DNA of 64,000 nt from Callorhinchus milii. Taxonomy: Eukaryota. A model generated the notes under the pieces. It made no database searches. It was given only the letters and a program-made list of their open reading frames with translations, and was not told where the DNA came from. The translations under genes and the position numbers were made by a program. Shown in pieces: positions 13,401 to 26,800 of this stretch (positions are counted from its first letter, which is position 1; every line of letters begins with the position of its first letter). The stretch is taken from assembly GCF_018977255.1 (NCBI RefSeq), contig NW_024704742.1, positions 67,954,001 to 68,018,000 of the forward strand, written 5' to 3'.

Positions 13401-14530
13401 GAGAAAGAACAGCCATAAGTAGGAATGGAGGAGGTAGGAAAGAGGAGGTTAGAGTTCCCATATAGTCAGTTTGAGGAGATAAATAGCAGATTAGAGAGCA
13501 GGACTTTCAGAGATGGTAATCTCAGGATTACCCCAGTGTGGCAAAATGGCCTTATAGTGACCCGGTAGATGGAGCACCCTACTCTATACCCATTAACCCT
13601 TGAAGCCTTTCTCCTTCATATACTTGCCCATTTCTTACTTGAAAGGAACAATGGACTCAGCTTCTACCTCTGTATGAAATAAATTCTAAAATCTCCCTTT
13701 CTCTTTGTGTGACTATGTTATATGTAAATCCTTCCAAGCTTTTGCACCTCCGTACCTTTCTGACCTGCTTTATCCCCACTCCACTAAGCTCTACTCAGCT
13801 GGCTCTGGTCTCCTGCTTATCCCTCAGCCCCTCTGGTTCACCATTGACAGCGCTGCTCCTTCCCCTCTTTTGGATCACAACTGAAGACTTCCTCTTTGAC
13901 CGTGTTTACAATCACCCCCTCCCGCTGTCCGGCTCGATCACTGTTAAGCGCTCTGAGATGCTGCCCCGCATGAAGGGCACAATATAAATGCAAGTCGTTG
14001 CTGTTGTAGTTGTAGTCACTGACTTCCATACCAGTGGAATTAGCTTCTTTCTATTTATCTTGTCAAAACCCCTCATAATTTTACGCATCTCTAACATTTT
14101 ACTCCTCTCAATCTTCTCCACTCCAATGAAAATAGACTCAAATTCTCCTCATAACTCATAATAATTGTAATTTTGATAATTGCCGTTGGCAGTTTCAGGT
14201 TTATATAAAGCTAAGTGCTGTTTTTGTCGTTCTTTGCAACAGTAGACTTGAATGGAAACCTAACATATCTGCTTTGGCTCAAAGCCAGGAATTTCTGCAG
14301 ACCTCCTGTCAGTAAGACCACAACATAACAACTTACATTTGTGCAGCACCATTTAGATAAAAGAAATGATTTGAACGCTTTACAGAATGAGATCAATTAG
14401 AAATGAGGTGGATGTTGTTAGGTAGGCAAATGAGGTTGCTGGAATATCCTAATTTGTAAAACAAAATTAGAAGGATTAAGCAAACGATTTTAGGCAGCAA
14501 TAAAATGTCAGTAACTATCCTTGCCTGATG

Positions 14531-14894
14531 TGGAGTGCTGTAGCTCAGTGGTTAGAGCACTGTACTCACAAGCAAGAGACCTGGGTTTAATTCCCAGGCA
14601 GGATGAAACTTTGGGCATGTTTTCTTATTCCACATGCCTCTGTTTACCTAGCAGTAAATAGGAACCCAGTTATTAGTTGATTGGTGGATCGCTTTTCCGA
14701 GGGTAATAATTCCTTTTTTAAAAAAATGGGTCACTCAATCCACGACTGTTTGTGGGACACTGCTGTTCACAATCGACTGCCATGTTTCACCCACAAAATA
14801 TGCTGTCAATTCACTTTAGAGTATATTCTCTGAAGCACTTTGAGACATCGCAAAGACTTGATAAGGCACTATATCAAAGGTAAGGATTATTATT
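14531..14894 (+). mobile_element. Full-length SINE, long subfamily; other copies at about 11786-12135+, 17735-18090+, 37382-37743-, 40575-40850+, 41935-42250-, 43258-43600+, 47529-47920+, 49183-49490-, 53050-53400-, 55390-55725+, 61325-61634+
   Basis: Same head and tail plus a middle segment GCCTCTGTTTACCTAGCAGTAA.TAGGAACCCAGTT..TTAGTTGATTGG. Confidence 0.88.
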
Positions 14895-17800
14895 TAGCAG
14901 GATGGTTAGATTGACGAATTGGACATTTGCTTACTGACTGACTGATTATGGGATTCACTTACTGACTTCAGATGATATGTTAAACTAATATCCCGTCTGC
15001 CTGTTCAGGTGGATGTTAAGCATGTTATTCGAAAAGAGAAGGAAGTTTTCTTTCCTGGCCAACAATCCCCCCCCCACCAAAAAAAAAAATACTGGTCACT
15101 TGTTCAATGGCTGTTTGTGGACACTGCTATGTGCAACTGGCTACTGCATTCCGCCCCACCCACCCCAAATACACTCACTCCATTTTACAGTGTATCCTGT
15201 GAAGGAAGCACTTTGCACATTCTTAAGCATGGTGATGGGTTGCTGCATGTGTCGGACACCTGGCTAACCAGAAAAAAGTTAAATGCTTACCCGCTAAACC
15301 TAGTTTTATATGAAATGATTCATTTAAAAAAAACTATATCATGGTTTTACTAACGATAGATAAACTCGCACACAATTTTAAACCTGTATTATTCATTTTC
15401 AGGCAATCTTCAGATTATTTTTATTATAATCACTTGGTTTATAAGATGCCACTCACGTAAAAATAAATGCTTTTACAAAAATGTTTACAAATACTTTACA
15501 AAATATAGATGATTAGAGACACACACTTTCAGTGTGTACTTTCAGTGTAGCTCGTAGCTAATGAAGGGGTTTCTTCCAGTGTCCTGGCCAACAATCCACC
15601 CAAAATAAAATTGGTCACTTACTCCATGGCTGTTTGTGAGACATTGTGCAATTGGCTGCCACATTTTGCCCACAAAATACATAGTCATTCCAATTTACAG
15701 TATATCTTGTGAAAAGCTTTGAGACATCTCAACAACGTGATAATGGAGTGCAAGGATAACAAATACAAGGGTTATTATTATTATTATAGCATATGATATT
15801 GAATATGGTATATCATATATTATATTTATATAATTTTGAATAAAATACATTAAAAACACTCCATTATAAACCACAGTGATTGCTGGATATCAACCTATCA
15901 ATGTTTTACTGGAACAAAAGTCAAATCTGAACAGTTTGCATTTACATAGTGCCTTTCATGTGGGGATGAAGTGTGAAATATATTTTTGTTGCCCATTAAC
16001 ACATTTATTCTAGATTTGATGATTCCAGGTTTCCATTTATTATTATTAATACATAAACAATTGGAATAAATAATAATTTATCATTCTTAATAACAATAAA
16101 ACACTGAGAATAATAATAATTGCATTTGATAAAAATCCTTACAATGGTGTCGCCTCGAGGATACATTATTATCATTAGCTTGTCTCAGAGTACAGTACTC
16201 TCTCTGGCTATAAAAATAATAATAATAGAAACAAAAAAGTAAACAAGGAAAAGTGCCAGTTTGCATCATTTTGCACAATCTAGAGAGATACAAGAGACGG
16301 TTTACCCGAGCCAAAATACAGGTCACGAAAAGAGGTTTCACTCAGAATAAAACAGGGCCGTGTTTGTGTTCTTAAAACACACAACAGAATGCAGAGGAGG
16401 ATTTCCGGATATCTCGCCCCCAGGTTTATTTTCACTGCAATCACCCCGCAGCTGGGTAAGAACATCTTTCTCTCCCTCTCTCTCAAGGTGGGTGGGTGTC
16501 TCTCTCTCAGGGTGGGTGGGTGTCTCTCTCTCGCTCTCCCAAACTGGGGGAAACACAAGGAATTGATCTAAGGAATTCCACTCTGTTCCAACTAGACTTC
16601 AACCCAACTCCTTATATCTGGGAGATCCATTCAGTGGGAGGGTTCACTGAGGTTTTAGTGGGATTCCATCCCATTGAAACAAGTGCAAATCTAGTAACTA
16701 TGGAAAGTCACACCTCTCTCTCTCTGTCTTTCTCTCTCTCTCGCCCCCGTGATCAGAGAAACCACAATGCCAATTCAACCAGTTTCCATTAACACCACCT
16801 CAGGAGTGGCTTTCCGGTTAACTTGCAAACCGTTTGGAAAGAGTAAATAAGGAAATGTCAAGTGCTAAAATGCAGTCAACCAACAACCACACACACACAC
16901 AACCAGTGGAAATGTGGGGCATCAAGTCTCAGCTAACACACACCTCACTGTGACCTTGATGCAGGCGGTGGGTGGCCTGAAATTCCACCTAGTCACAGCC
17001 TGTGGGACTCTTAACATTTTTTTTAAAATCGGTGTAGAGCTGTGGTCTTAAACGTGGCCTTGATTTGGAAGCCAACAACAATATATAAATTACACTTATA
17101 TAGTGTCTTTCACCTCGGAAAGCTGGTGTTCCACAGTGCTTGAAAAGAATCCGCTTCCACATTTGGACTGAAAGTTTAAGAATATTATAATAATTATAGT
17201 ATAATTCTTGCAATTGATATAGCACCTTATCATGGCGCAGAGACGTCTCAAAGCGCTTCACAGAATATACTTTAAGTGGATTGACTGTATTTTGTGGGCA
17301 AACACAGCAGTCAATTGAGCACAGGAACAGCCCACAAACAGCCTTGAAGTGAGTGATCAATTTTATTTTGGGGGAATGTTGGCCAGGTCACAGGGAGAGA
17401 GAAACTCTTCTCTTTTCAAATAGTACTGTGGGATCTTTAACATCCACCTGAACAGGCAGACAGAACCTTGGTTTAATGTCTCATCTGAAGGACAGCTGTC
17501 TGATATCGCAACGCTCAACCACACTGTACTCTTGAACCCAAACCTTTTGACTCAAAGGTGAGAGAGCGTTACCACTGAGCCAGGCTGACACACAACGTTT
17601 CAGAATGTTCCACAGTTCTGCACAATTTTGTATTTTAAGACAAAGCTGCCTAAACAAGCTAAGACGAGGTACAATTTCAGCCCTCCGAAGTGCTTGGAAT
17701 GTCAGAATCTCTCCATAGTCTTATAGTATACTAATTAGAGCACTTGACTCTCAAGCGAGTGGATCTGAGTTCGATTTCCTGGACAAGGCAAAACCTTAGG

Positions 17801-18285
17801 TAAGTTTCCTTACTCCACACGCCTCTGTTTACCTAACAGTAAGTAGGAACCCGGTTGTTGATCGACTAATGGATTGGTTTCCGGGGATAATAATCCCTTA
17901 AAAAAAAAAAAAATTTGGTTACTCAATCCACCCACTCAATCTATTTGTGGTACACTGCTGTGTGCAATTAGCTGCTGCATTTTGCTCACAAAAAACGCAG
18001 GAAACTACTTTACAGTATATTCTTTGAAGAACCTTGAGACGGTTCAACAATGTGATAAGGCGCTATATCAAGTGCAACGATTATTATTATAAATATTTTA
18101 CAGGTGATTGCTCTCAAGTGTAGTGACTGTGCATTTTGTAGGCAGACCCAGCAGCCAAGTTACATACAGCGATATTCCATAAATAGATACTATCAGTACT
18201 ATTATTATTATTATAATTATAGCAAAGGGAAGCTCCCTCAGAGTCCTTCGCACCAACAGACCGTGACGTAGGCTCAACCTGCGTA

Positions 18286-18951
18286 TGTAAATCCCCACCC
18301 TCCTGACTTATACAGAGACTCAAGAAACACGATTAAGAAAGCTCAACGGTATTTTATTGGGCTTTCAAATGCAACCCTATGCCTTACTTATCTGCCCGTT
18401 AAATATGAAAACAGTCGCAACGTTCAATAGTAAACACTAACACACTAAAACTATGCAACTAACAGCCTTATCTAACAGGAGTACACAAAAAAAACAATCT
18501 TGACCAAGAAGACTCCTCCTCAAGTCAGGCACATATCTCTTTGATGACAAGACAAGGTGAATAGCGACCACGAGCCATTTGGGCTCACTCATTTTAAGGA
18601 TATTAGACCCATCCTCTTTTGGAACATATCTACTGATACTTTTTCCCCACCAAACCTGCAGCTTCACCCCCTGGATCCTCCCGATCCTCTTTTCCCGCCA
18701 AATTGTTGCCAAATCTAGACTTGATGACGCCAACAAGATAATTTCTTTTAAATACAAATACTGGCTATGGACTTTTAATCGCTCTTAAATTATACTCCGT
18801 AACTGCGTAACTTTGCATACGCAAGATTTTCAATAGTGCGAACATCTCGCCTTCAACAGCACACAAGCTTACTTGAAGCTTTCAACAACACGTAGATACA
18901 AATATACATATTAAAAGAAGGTTAAGATTAAATAATGGGGTGTCTGTAACA
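18286..18951 (-). mobile_element. LTR-like element; a related end occurs at about 20815-20867
   Basis: TG...CA ends and a minus-strand AATAAA near 18355; terminal ATATACATATTAAA(A)GAAGGTTAAGA...TAACA shared with the 20.8 kb copy; no TSD found and the left boundary is uncertain. Confidence 0.45.
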
Positions 18952-18964
18952 TATCAGCCTCTTG

Positions 18965-20129
18965 ATAATAAAGAAGCAGGTTCGTTATCAATCCTGATTC
19001 GTTACCTAATTTACTGATTTTCTTTGACGGTGTGACAAGGGAGCTTGATAACGGTAAGGCTGTGGATGTTGTATATCTGGATTTCAGTAAGGCTTTTGAT
19101 ACTGTTCCTTTTGAGAGGCTGGTACTGAAAGTAAAGAAAGCGGGAATTAGTGGAAGTATACTACAATGGATATGTAACTGGTTAACCGGAAGAACCCAGA
19201 GGGTGGTGGTACAGGGAATGTCATCAGACTGGGAAAATGTTACCAGTGCAGTTCCACAAGGGTCTGTTTTGGAACATCTTTCGTTTTTTTTTTATCAATG
19301 ATCTGGAACTAGGAGTCGCAAACTCTATGGCTAAGTTTGCAGATGACACCAAGCTAATGAACGTGGTAGATTGCGAAGCTGAACAAGATAGGTTACCAGA
19401 GAATTTGAACATACTTGTGAATTGGGCAGATCGGTGGCAGAAGAAATTCAATGTGGAGAAACGTAAAGTACTTCACATGGGGACAAAAAATCCTGGACGG
19501 GACTATTATTTGAACGGAAGGAAAATAATATGTACGGAAAATGATTGACAATAAATTGAAGATCTTGCAACAGTGCTCTGTGGCAGTGAGTAAAGCAAAC
19601 CAGATGAATAGCAAGCTGAAATAGTGGCGTAATCCTGCCAATGTATAAATCACTGGTGAAACTGTACATAAGTACTGTGTACAGTTATGGTCACTGTAGT
19701 ACAAAAAGAATATGGGAGAAATCAAGAGGATACAGAGGAGAATGATTGAAGGAATGGAGGGACTAGACTATGAGGGGAGACTAAATAAATTGAGCTTGTT
19801 CACGCTGGAAAAGAGAAGATTGAGACATGGTTGCTGTCTTTAAGATTCTAAAGGGGTAAGACTATATAGATCATGACAGGCTGTTTCAACTTCAGAACCA
19901 AGGTATGCAAACACTAATTCAGTGAGTGAATAGTGAACCTGTGGAACAATTGAAGCAGGAAATATTGATTCCTTCAAACACAGATTAGATAGTTTTCTTT
20001 TAGGAAATAACATTATGGGATATAGTATGTAGGTAGTTTGGAACATATGTGTATGAGACCACCGGGAAGGTGGGAGGCGAACGAGATGGACCTTGGTCTT
20101 TTTTGTCTAGCATTTCTTATGTTCTTATG
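18965..20129 (+). mobile_element. CR1 LINE 3' fragment, degenerate reverse transcriptase
   Basis: Frameshifted ORFs with VDVVYLDFSKAFDTVP, VPQGSVL and AKFADDTKL; ends in the TTCTTATG repeat typical of CR1. Confidence 0.92.
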
Positions 20130-22911
20130 AAGGTCTTGATAAATCATCTCTCTCTCCTCCATCATGTGCTGGTTACCTTCCTTTACGAGAGAGATGGCTA
20201 TGCTGTGAGGTATCTCTAGCTGCCTGTCTGGATCGCTGGAAAACAAAAATCTCAAAACAGTAATGTGTCCTTAACTGTATACATATAACATAACTATTAA
20301 GTTTACACAAATGAAAAGCTCAGCACCATTACTCCTGTATCACAAGAAAATTCTAAGATTTTTGCAAATCCCCAGTGTGAAATCATTTCCCCGAAAGTTG
20401 TCCAACATTTGTAAAGAGTGCCTCTTTAGTTGACAGTAACCAGTGCTGTCAATGGGAACAGTTTTTTGCAGATTTTTTTTTTCAGGTCTTTTTGAGTTCT
20501 ACTCTGTCTCCCTTCACCGCTAGGCGATCCAGGCTGGCTATAACAATAAGCTCTCCTCAGCAGTGGACTTTGTACAGGCATTTCTATCTTTTTAACTTGG
20601 CTGGAAGAGTGTAATATTCTTGCTTCTCGATGTAAGAATCCCTATCGTCTTCGGATTTATGACTTTCACAACCTGGCTTGGCTTGTAAAATCTGTATCAT
20701 AATGTTCCACTGGTATAGTGGGTTTTCCAGGCACCAAAAATCCCCTCTTGATTATCACACTCATTTATAGTTTGATGACCTGCATTTTAATCAGCAATCA
20801 TACGGTCCCAAGGTAAAAATATACATATTAAAGAAGGTTAAGAACAATTACTGGGATGTCCATAACAGTACAGAGGGATCTTTAATGACCTTCAGAGCAG
20901 GTAGAAAGGAGCTTGGTTTAATGTCTCATTGTGAAGGACAACACCTCCAATAATGTAACACTCGTGCCCTTGAGTGTCAGCCTAGACTGTGACCAAAACG
21001 CCAGTCAGGGTGAGGGAAGGGAGGGAGCGAGGAGGGGATAGAGAGGGGAGCCGAAGGCTCGGTCAAAGAGAAAGGTCTTGAGACCGGCCTTGAAGGAGGA
21101 AAGGGAGGAGGCAAGGCAAAGGCACTGGGGGATAGAGTTCCAAAGCAAACAGAAGCATGTGGAGTAAAGAAATTTGCCTGTAGTTTCAACATGATAAGGC
21201 GCTATATGAAATGCAAGGATTATTATTAATAATAAAAATAAAAGTCGCTGGGAACAGGCAGCAGATCAGGCAGCATCTATGGAGAGAGGAAAATGACTTA
21301 ACATTTCAGGTCGAGGACCTTTCGACGGAACTGGGGGAGGTTGGAAGGGAGCAGATTATAAGGTCCTTTGTTTTATTATTATTATTTGTAGCTGAAAGTC
21401 CACCTTACTGTCAGCCCAAGGGTAGTCAGCCTTTGTCCCTCTGTACAAAAAGTTACGAAAATTCGGAGTGACGATGAAATATTTGTCTCAGTGCTGCTTC
21501 TTGGCTGTGGTGTACAAACATTTGCAGATCAAAGGACTGATCCTGATACAGATAATGCACAATACAGCTGTCAAACACTTTTAGGAGCATAAGAAAGCTC
21601 GGAACAACAAAAGGCCATTCGGCCCATCAAACCGTTCTTTCCATAGATCATTCAAAGCCTACCTTTTCCCGGTGAGAGGGTAACATAAATATCCCTCAGT
21701 TTGAGAATTTTTCACAATTCTGCTTGATTTCAACATTTTACGATGATGGTCTTGAGGCTGAGACTGCGAGAAATTTTGAGCTTCCGACCCACTGCAGGTG
21801 CTTTCACCAACAATGTCACACAAACATTGTTCAAACAATGGGCATGTCACACAAATATTTCTGTCGCTTCCAGTGGTGATCAGATCTCGTGCTTGTGCCG
21901 AGCACTGAAAACCACAGAAGTATGACTGAAGATGAAAGACCTTCTTTTCCAGTTTGTCTCGACCTTGTTGCTCCGCTTTGCTGCTCAGACCTTTGCAGAC
22001 CAAAGTGTTGATTCTCCTGCAAACAGGGTGCACTGCAGCTGTTGAAACCTTTTGTTTTACAAGAGTTAGATTCTCAGACCCATTGCGAGGCACACCCAAG
22101 GCACCAAACATATCCTTCTCTTTTGTTCGCTCTGTATCCCTGTCTCTGGATCTCTTCTCAAATCCCTTTGACTTGTCCCTCTCCAATCCCTGTCTTCAAA
22201 ACCCTGTTTAAAAAAAACTAACTTCAACCGTTGCTTCAGTCTACATCAGGAAGGTCCAACCTTTTGGCTGCTGAGGGCTGGATGCTAAATTTGAGAAACG
22301 TCCGCGGGTCACATAAGCAATATTTAACCTGATTGTCCAGTCTTGTTACCAGGCAGAGCCTGAGCCCCCGATGACCGTCTCCTGACTGGCTCGGGGCCTG
22401 TGTTTTGCTTGCATTTGCCTGTCAGACTTGAAGTTAGAAATGGATTTAAGGCTGGATGAAATAATTGGTGATTTGAGAACATTATTTTCTGGGAAAATAT
22501 TCTATGTATTATATAAGTGCAAGTTGTTTATAATGATAACAATAATATTCCTTGCGTTTGATGTAGCGCCTTCTCACAGGATATACTGTAATTTAAATAG
22601 CATTTTGTGGGTGAATGCGGAAACCAATTATTAAATATTTGCTAATATTTGTGCTGTTTTTTACTGTGCCTATGGTCAACTCCCACTCCCCTTTCTCCCT
22701 TGTTCTGTGTTCCACAAACAGCCATGAAGTGAATGGCCAATTTTATTTGAGGGATTGTTGGCCAGGACACTGGGAGAAATTCCATTTTTCTTTTTGAATA
22801 GCGCCATGGAATCTTTAACGTCTGCTTTATCAGGCAGACAAAGCCTCGGTTTAACATTACATCAAATGGCCAGCACCAACAATGCAACATACCTACAACA
22901 CTGCATTGGAG

Positions 22912-23043
22912 TGTACTAGACTATATGACTATCTGTACTAGACTATATGACTATCTGTACTAGACTATATGACTATCTGCACTAGACTATATGACTATCT
23001 GTACTAGACTATATGACTATCTGTACTAGACTATATGAATATC
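22912..23043. repeat. 22-bp tandem repeat, 6 units (two more at about 23891-23931)
   Basis: TGTACTAGACTATATGACTATC repeated; the array is split by an LTR insertion. Confidence 0.95.
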
Positions 23044-23044
23044 T

Positions 23045-23887
23045 TGTTGGGATTTCCGATCCTGTAGTTCGACATATGACTCGACAATCCAAATATGGTG
23101 TAGCAAGGTTTATTATGAACAGAGTGCACGCAACATGCATTAACAAGTTACTACAAATGTCTAACAAATTATACGAGCAGTCTTTGAAGACAGTCACACA
23201 ACGTCATGGAACACCTTCCTTGTGATTCTTAAAGGGACCTCTCCACACTGGTCACTCTATCTCTCTCTGGAGCTTTCCTGTCTACTGACTGTTCTCACCT
23301 AGAGTGCCATAGTTATACCCTTTCTCCAAGTGACCTTCCTAGGGCCCCTCTACCCACTTCTGATACAGTCACGTACTGAGGTTAATCAACCATCTGCTTG
23401 GTGCGAGCCTGACTGAGTCTCCACGAGGTCTTCCCTTTGTCCTGTCTAGGATAGGAGATGGATCGGTTTAGGGCTGTATCTGGTGTTTGTTATTTTGTTA
23501 TGTGGGATCATTAGTACATTCCTTTTAAGTGACTGGTTATTTCTTATCATTGTCCCGGGATGATACCGAAGGTTTCTAGTTTAAACAACTTTCTCATTAG
23601 TTGCTATTCTTGAGGGTTGCCTTCAGTCGCTTGGCAGCCCTGTCAGAATCTAATGACTTATTGCTAAGTCGAGATCCTGTGTCGACCGGTACCTTGGACC
23701 ATTACCTTGTGGGCTTGTTGTTATTTACCGATAAGAGGAGCCCCTGCCCTTTTCCAAAGCTGTCTTGTTATTCTTTCAGAAACAGAGAAAAACAGATGTG
23801 TCCTATCCCATGACTGTCAGTACTTTCTCCATTCTACATTTGTTTAATGTTTCATTATTATTAGACTACAACTTCTATAATCTAACA
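23045..23887 (-). mobile_element. Solo LTR (ERV or Gypsy type), 843 bp
   Basis: TGTTGG...CTAACA termini, 4-bp target-site duplication ATCT (23041-23044 and 23888-23891), minus-strand AATAAA near 23110. Confidence 0.85.
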
Positions 23888-26800
23888 ATCTGTACTAGAC
23901 TATATGAATATCTGTACTGGACTATATGAATTCAAAGTTCTGATGTTGGACTAGAACGCATAATCTTCTAATTCAGAGATGAGAGTGGGGAGAATGCTAC
24001 CAACTGAGCAAGACTGACAATTACAAAGAATGTACAAAACAGAATCAGGCCACTTGGCCCAACCAGTCCATACTGGTGTTTGTACTTCACGAGTCTTCAC
24101 CCATTCCTTTAGTCTTCCCATATCCTTCTATTCCCTTGCCCTCCACGAAGGTCCAGCTTCCTCTTGAATGCATCACACTATTTGATTCAACCACTGCTTC
24201 AGACAGCAAATTATAATAATACAATAATAATCCTTGTATTTGATATAGCGCTTTTCACATCTTCTCGATGTCTCAAAGCGCTTCACAGAATAGATTCTAA
24301 AGTGAATTGACCATATATTTGTGGGTGAAACGCGGCATCCAATTGCACACAGCAGTGTTCCACAAACAGTCGTGGATTGAAATGACCAATTTATTATTGT
24401 TTTTGTTTTTGGAGGGATTATTATTAGGCGTTCTCACTAGCCCTCTTCATGGATGTGGGAGCTTGACAACTATGTTTGACAGCAATTTTTTTGGAAGGAG
24501 ATCAGCCAGGTTTCTGAGACATGCGGAAATCTATCATCATGCTTAAGGGTTGCCAAACCAAACTGAGAATTCCATGCTTCCCAAGTACACATGGAAATTC
24601 CAGAGATAAATTGTTAGAATGGAATGCGCACTCTCCATCGAGGGAAGCATCCTGCTTACCTAATTCGGGAAAGTATTAGGCACAGGTTGGCAAGAGCCAA
24701 GGCTCAGGGACCCCAGAATGCTAAAAATAACAATACAGGACTCTTTCAAGGCCCTGAAATTGAAATGAGTACATTCAAATCCTTTAGTGAAGATCCATTC
24801 GAGGGCAAGGCTGGTGTTTGACAGCCATTATCTGTGAAGCACTTTCCGACATTGACACTTTAGGCATTATATAAAATGCAAGAATTATTTGGGTAGCTGA
24901 CTTCAGGGTGTCTTCTATTTGCCTCTAAATGATGCTGTAATTCTGAAAATTTACAAACAGTAATTTAATTGTCTTCAAGTACTACTCTGAAAAAAAGGCA
25001 TTTAAAAATAATTGGGGTAACTGCAATATGTTCAAAATTAGCAAAAATACATGTTTCAGCCCTATTTCAGTGAGTGAGCCTGATTGAGACTAAGGAGTAA
25101 AATTTGTAATAGTTTCTTAACAAATTTGTTATGCTTTTATCTCAAGGAATAGATTGGAAAGACTACCATGGATTTTACACTCCAATCTCTAACTATACTA
25201 ATCTCCTCCTAACATTCTAATGTACAATGATGATCTGTTGAGCTCAATTCTCTGTGTTTGCTCCTCTAAGAATAAATAATAATAATAATAATAATAATAA
25301 TCCCTGCATTTGACACCTATCATGTCCAACCATCTCAAAGCGTTAACAGGTTTTTTTTGGTAAGACAGCTGAAACATGTGAAAACCCATCACCATGCTTA
25401 AGAGTATCCAAACCAAACAGAATTCCATGCATCCTACCAACACATGGAAATTTATTGGAATGGAATGCGGACTCTCTCCCTTGAGGGATGCATTGTGCTT
25501 ACCAAATACCAGAAAGTATTAGGCGAGGTTGGCAAGAATCAAGGCTTGGGAACCCCTAACAATAATGTATTGTGATGGTGTATTTAGTGAGTGAAATGTG
25601 GCAGCCAGTTTGTGCACACCAATATCCCACAAACAGCCACAGAATGAACGACCAATTTTATTTGGGGATTGTTGGCCAGGACAGCAGGAGATACTCCCTT
25701 CTCTGTTTCAAGTAGTGCCATGGGAACTTTAATGTCCAGCTGAACAAGCAGAGATCACGATTTAACATCTCATCTGAAGGACGACACCTGGGACAATGTA
25801 GAGCAACATTGGAGGGTCAGCATCAACTCAAAGTACCTGAAAGACAGGGGATTTAAGACATCTATTCTCTATAGATTCAATCCAGTTTGATCAGTTAGCA
25901 TTTCCTTGCTTAAACAGTTCACGCACCATAGATGCAGACAGGTTTCAGATTCTGGGTGAGGTACAGGATCAGGTGCAAAATGAGGACTGAAGGTTATACT
26001 AAGTTTTTGTGGTTTGCATACGCCAGTACAGAAAGACTCGAACCATGGTTTAGCTGGTTGCTGCACAATTTAATATCACAGTAACATCAATCCGCACGCA
26101 AATTTTTATAATTTAGTTTAGCAAGAAAATCGACGCACTCAGAAATATATAAGGAGTCCTGCTAAATATCGAACAACATTGGGGAATTTATTTTTTTTAA
26201 AAAAGAAAGCAACTTTTCCGATGAAGGAAAGCAGGCACTGGCTTTGTTGGATAATAGAGTAAAATTACTGAAATTATTTTAAATGAAATCGGGGCAGAAA
26301 CCCTCACTTATTACTCTAAAACCCCGAGAGTCGAAAAAATTATATTGGAGTAAGATTTCCCCCCATCTTATCCCTCCCCCCCTCATACAACGACGACAAC
26401 AAATTACATTTATATGGTGCCTTTCATGTTTGGAATCAGGAGGGGCGGAGGGAGGGTAGGGGTAGGAGGGTGACCGAAGGCGCGGTCGAAGAAGAGGGTC
26501 TTGAGATGGGCCTTGAAGGAGACAAGGGAATGGGGGAGGTGCAGGGACTGTGGGATGGAATTCCAAACCGTGAGGGCAGAGAGGCTGAAGGTGATGGTCG
26601 TGGATAGTGGTCAAAAACAAGGAAAAGGAATTGAAATGATAGTTCAAGCCTGCGTTTTATCGCCAAGCGCGCAAAATGCTGAGCTCCACCTTCGGATCAT
26701 GGATCAATTTCATTGTTTTTTGAAAATCGATAGTTTCATTTCCATCTGACTCACTGTCCTGGTAGATAGGTGCCCCAGCAAAGCTCCATTTTAGTCTTCA

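Noticed and set aside
16280..16480. Ig/TCR V or J segment, from LYFGSG and DVLTQ strings
   Set aside because: The motifs are in different frames, with no conserved Cys/Trp pattern and no recombination signal (CACAGTG/ACAAAAACC) nearby.
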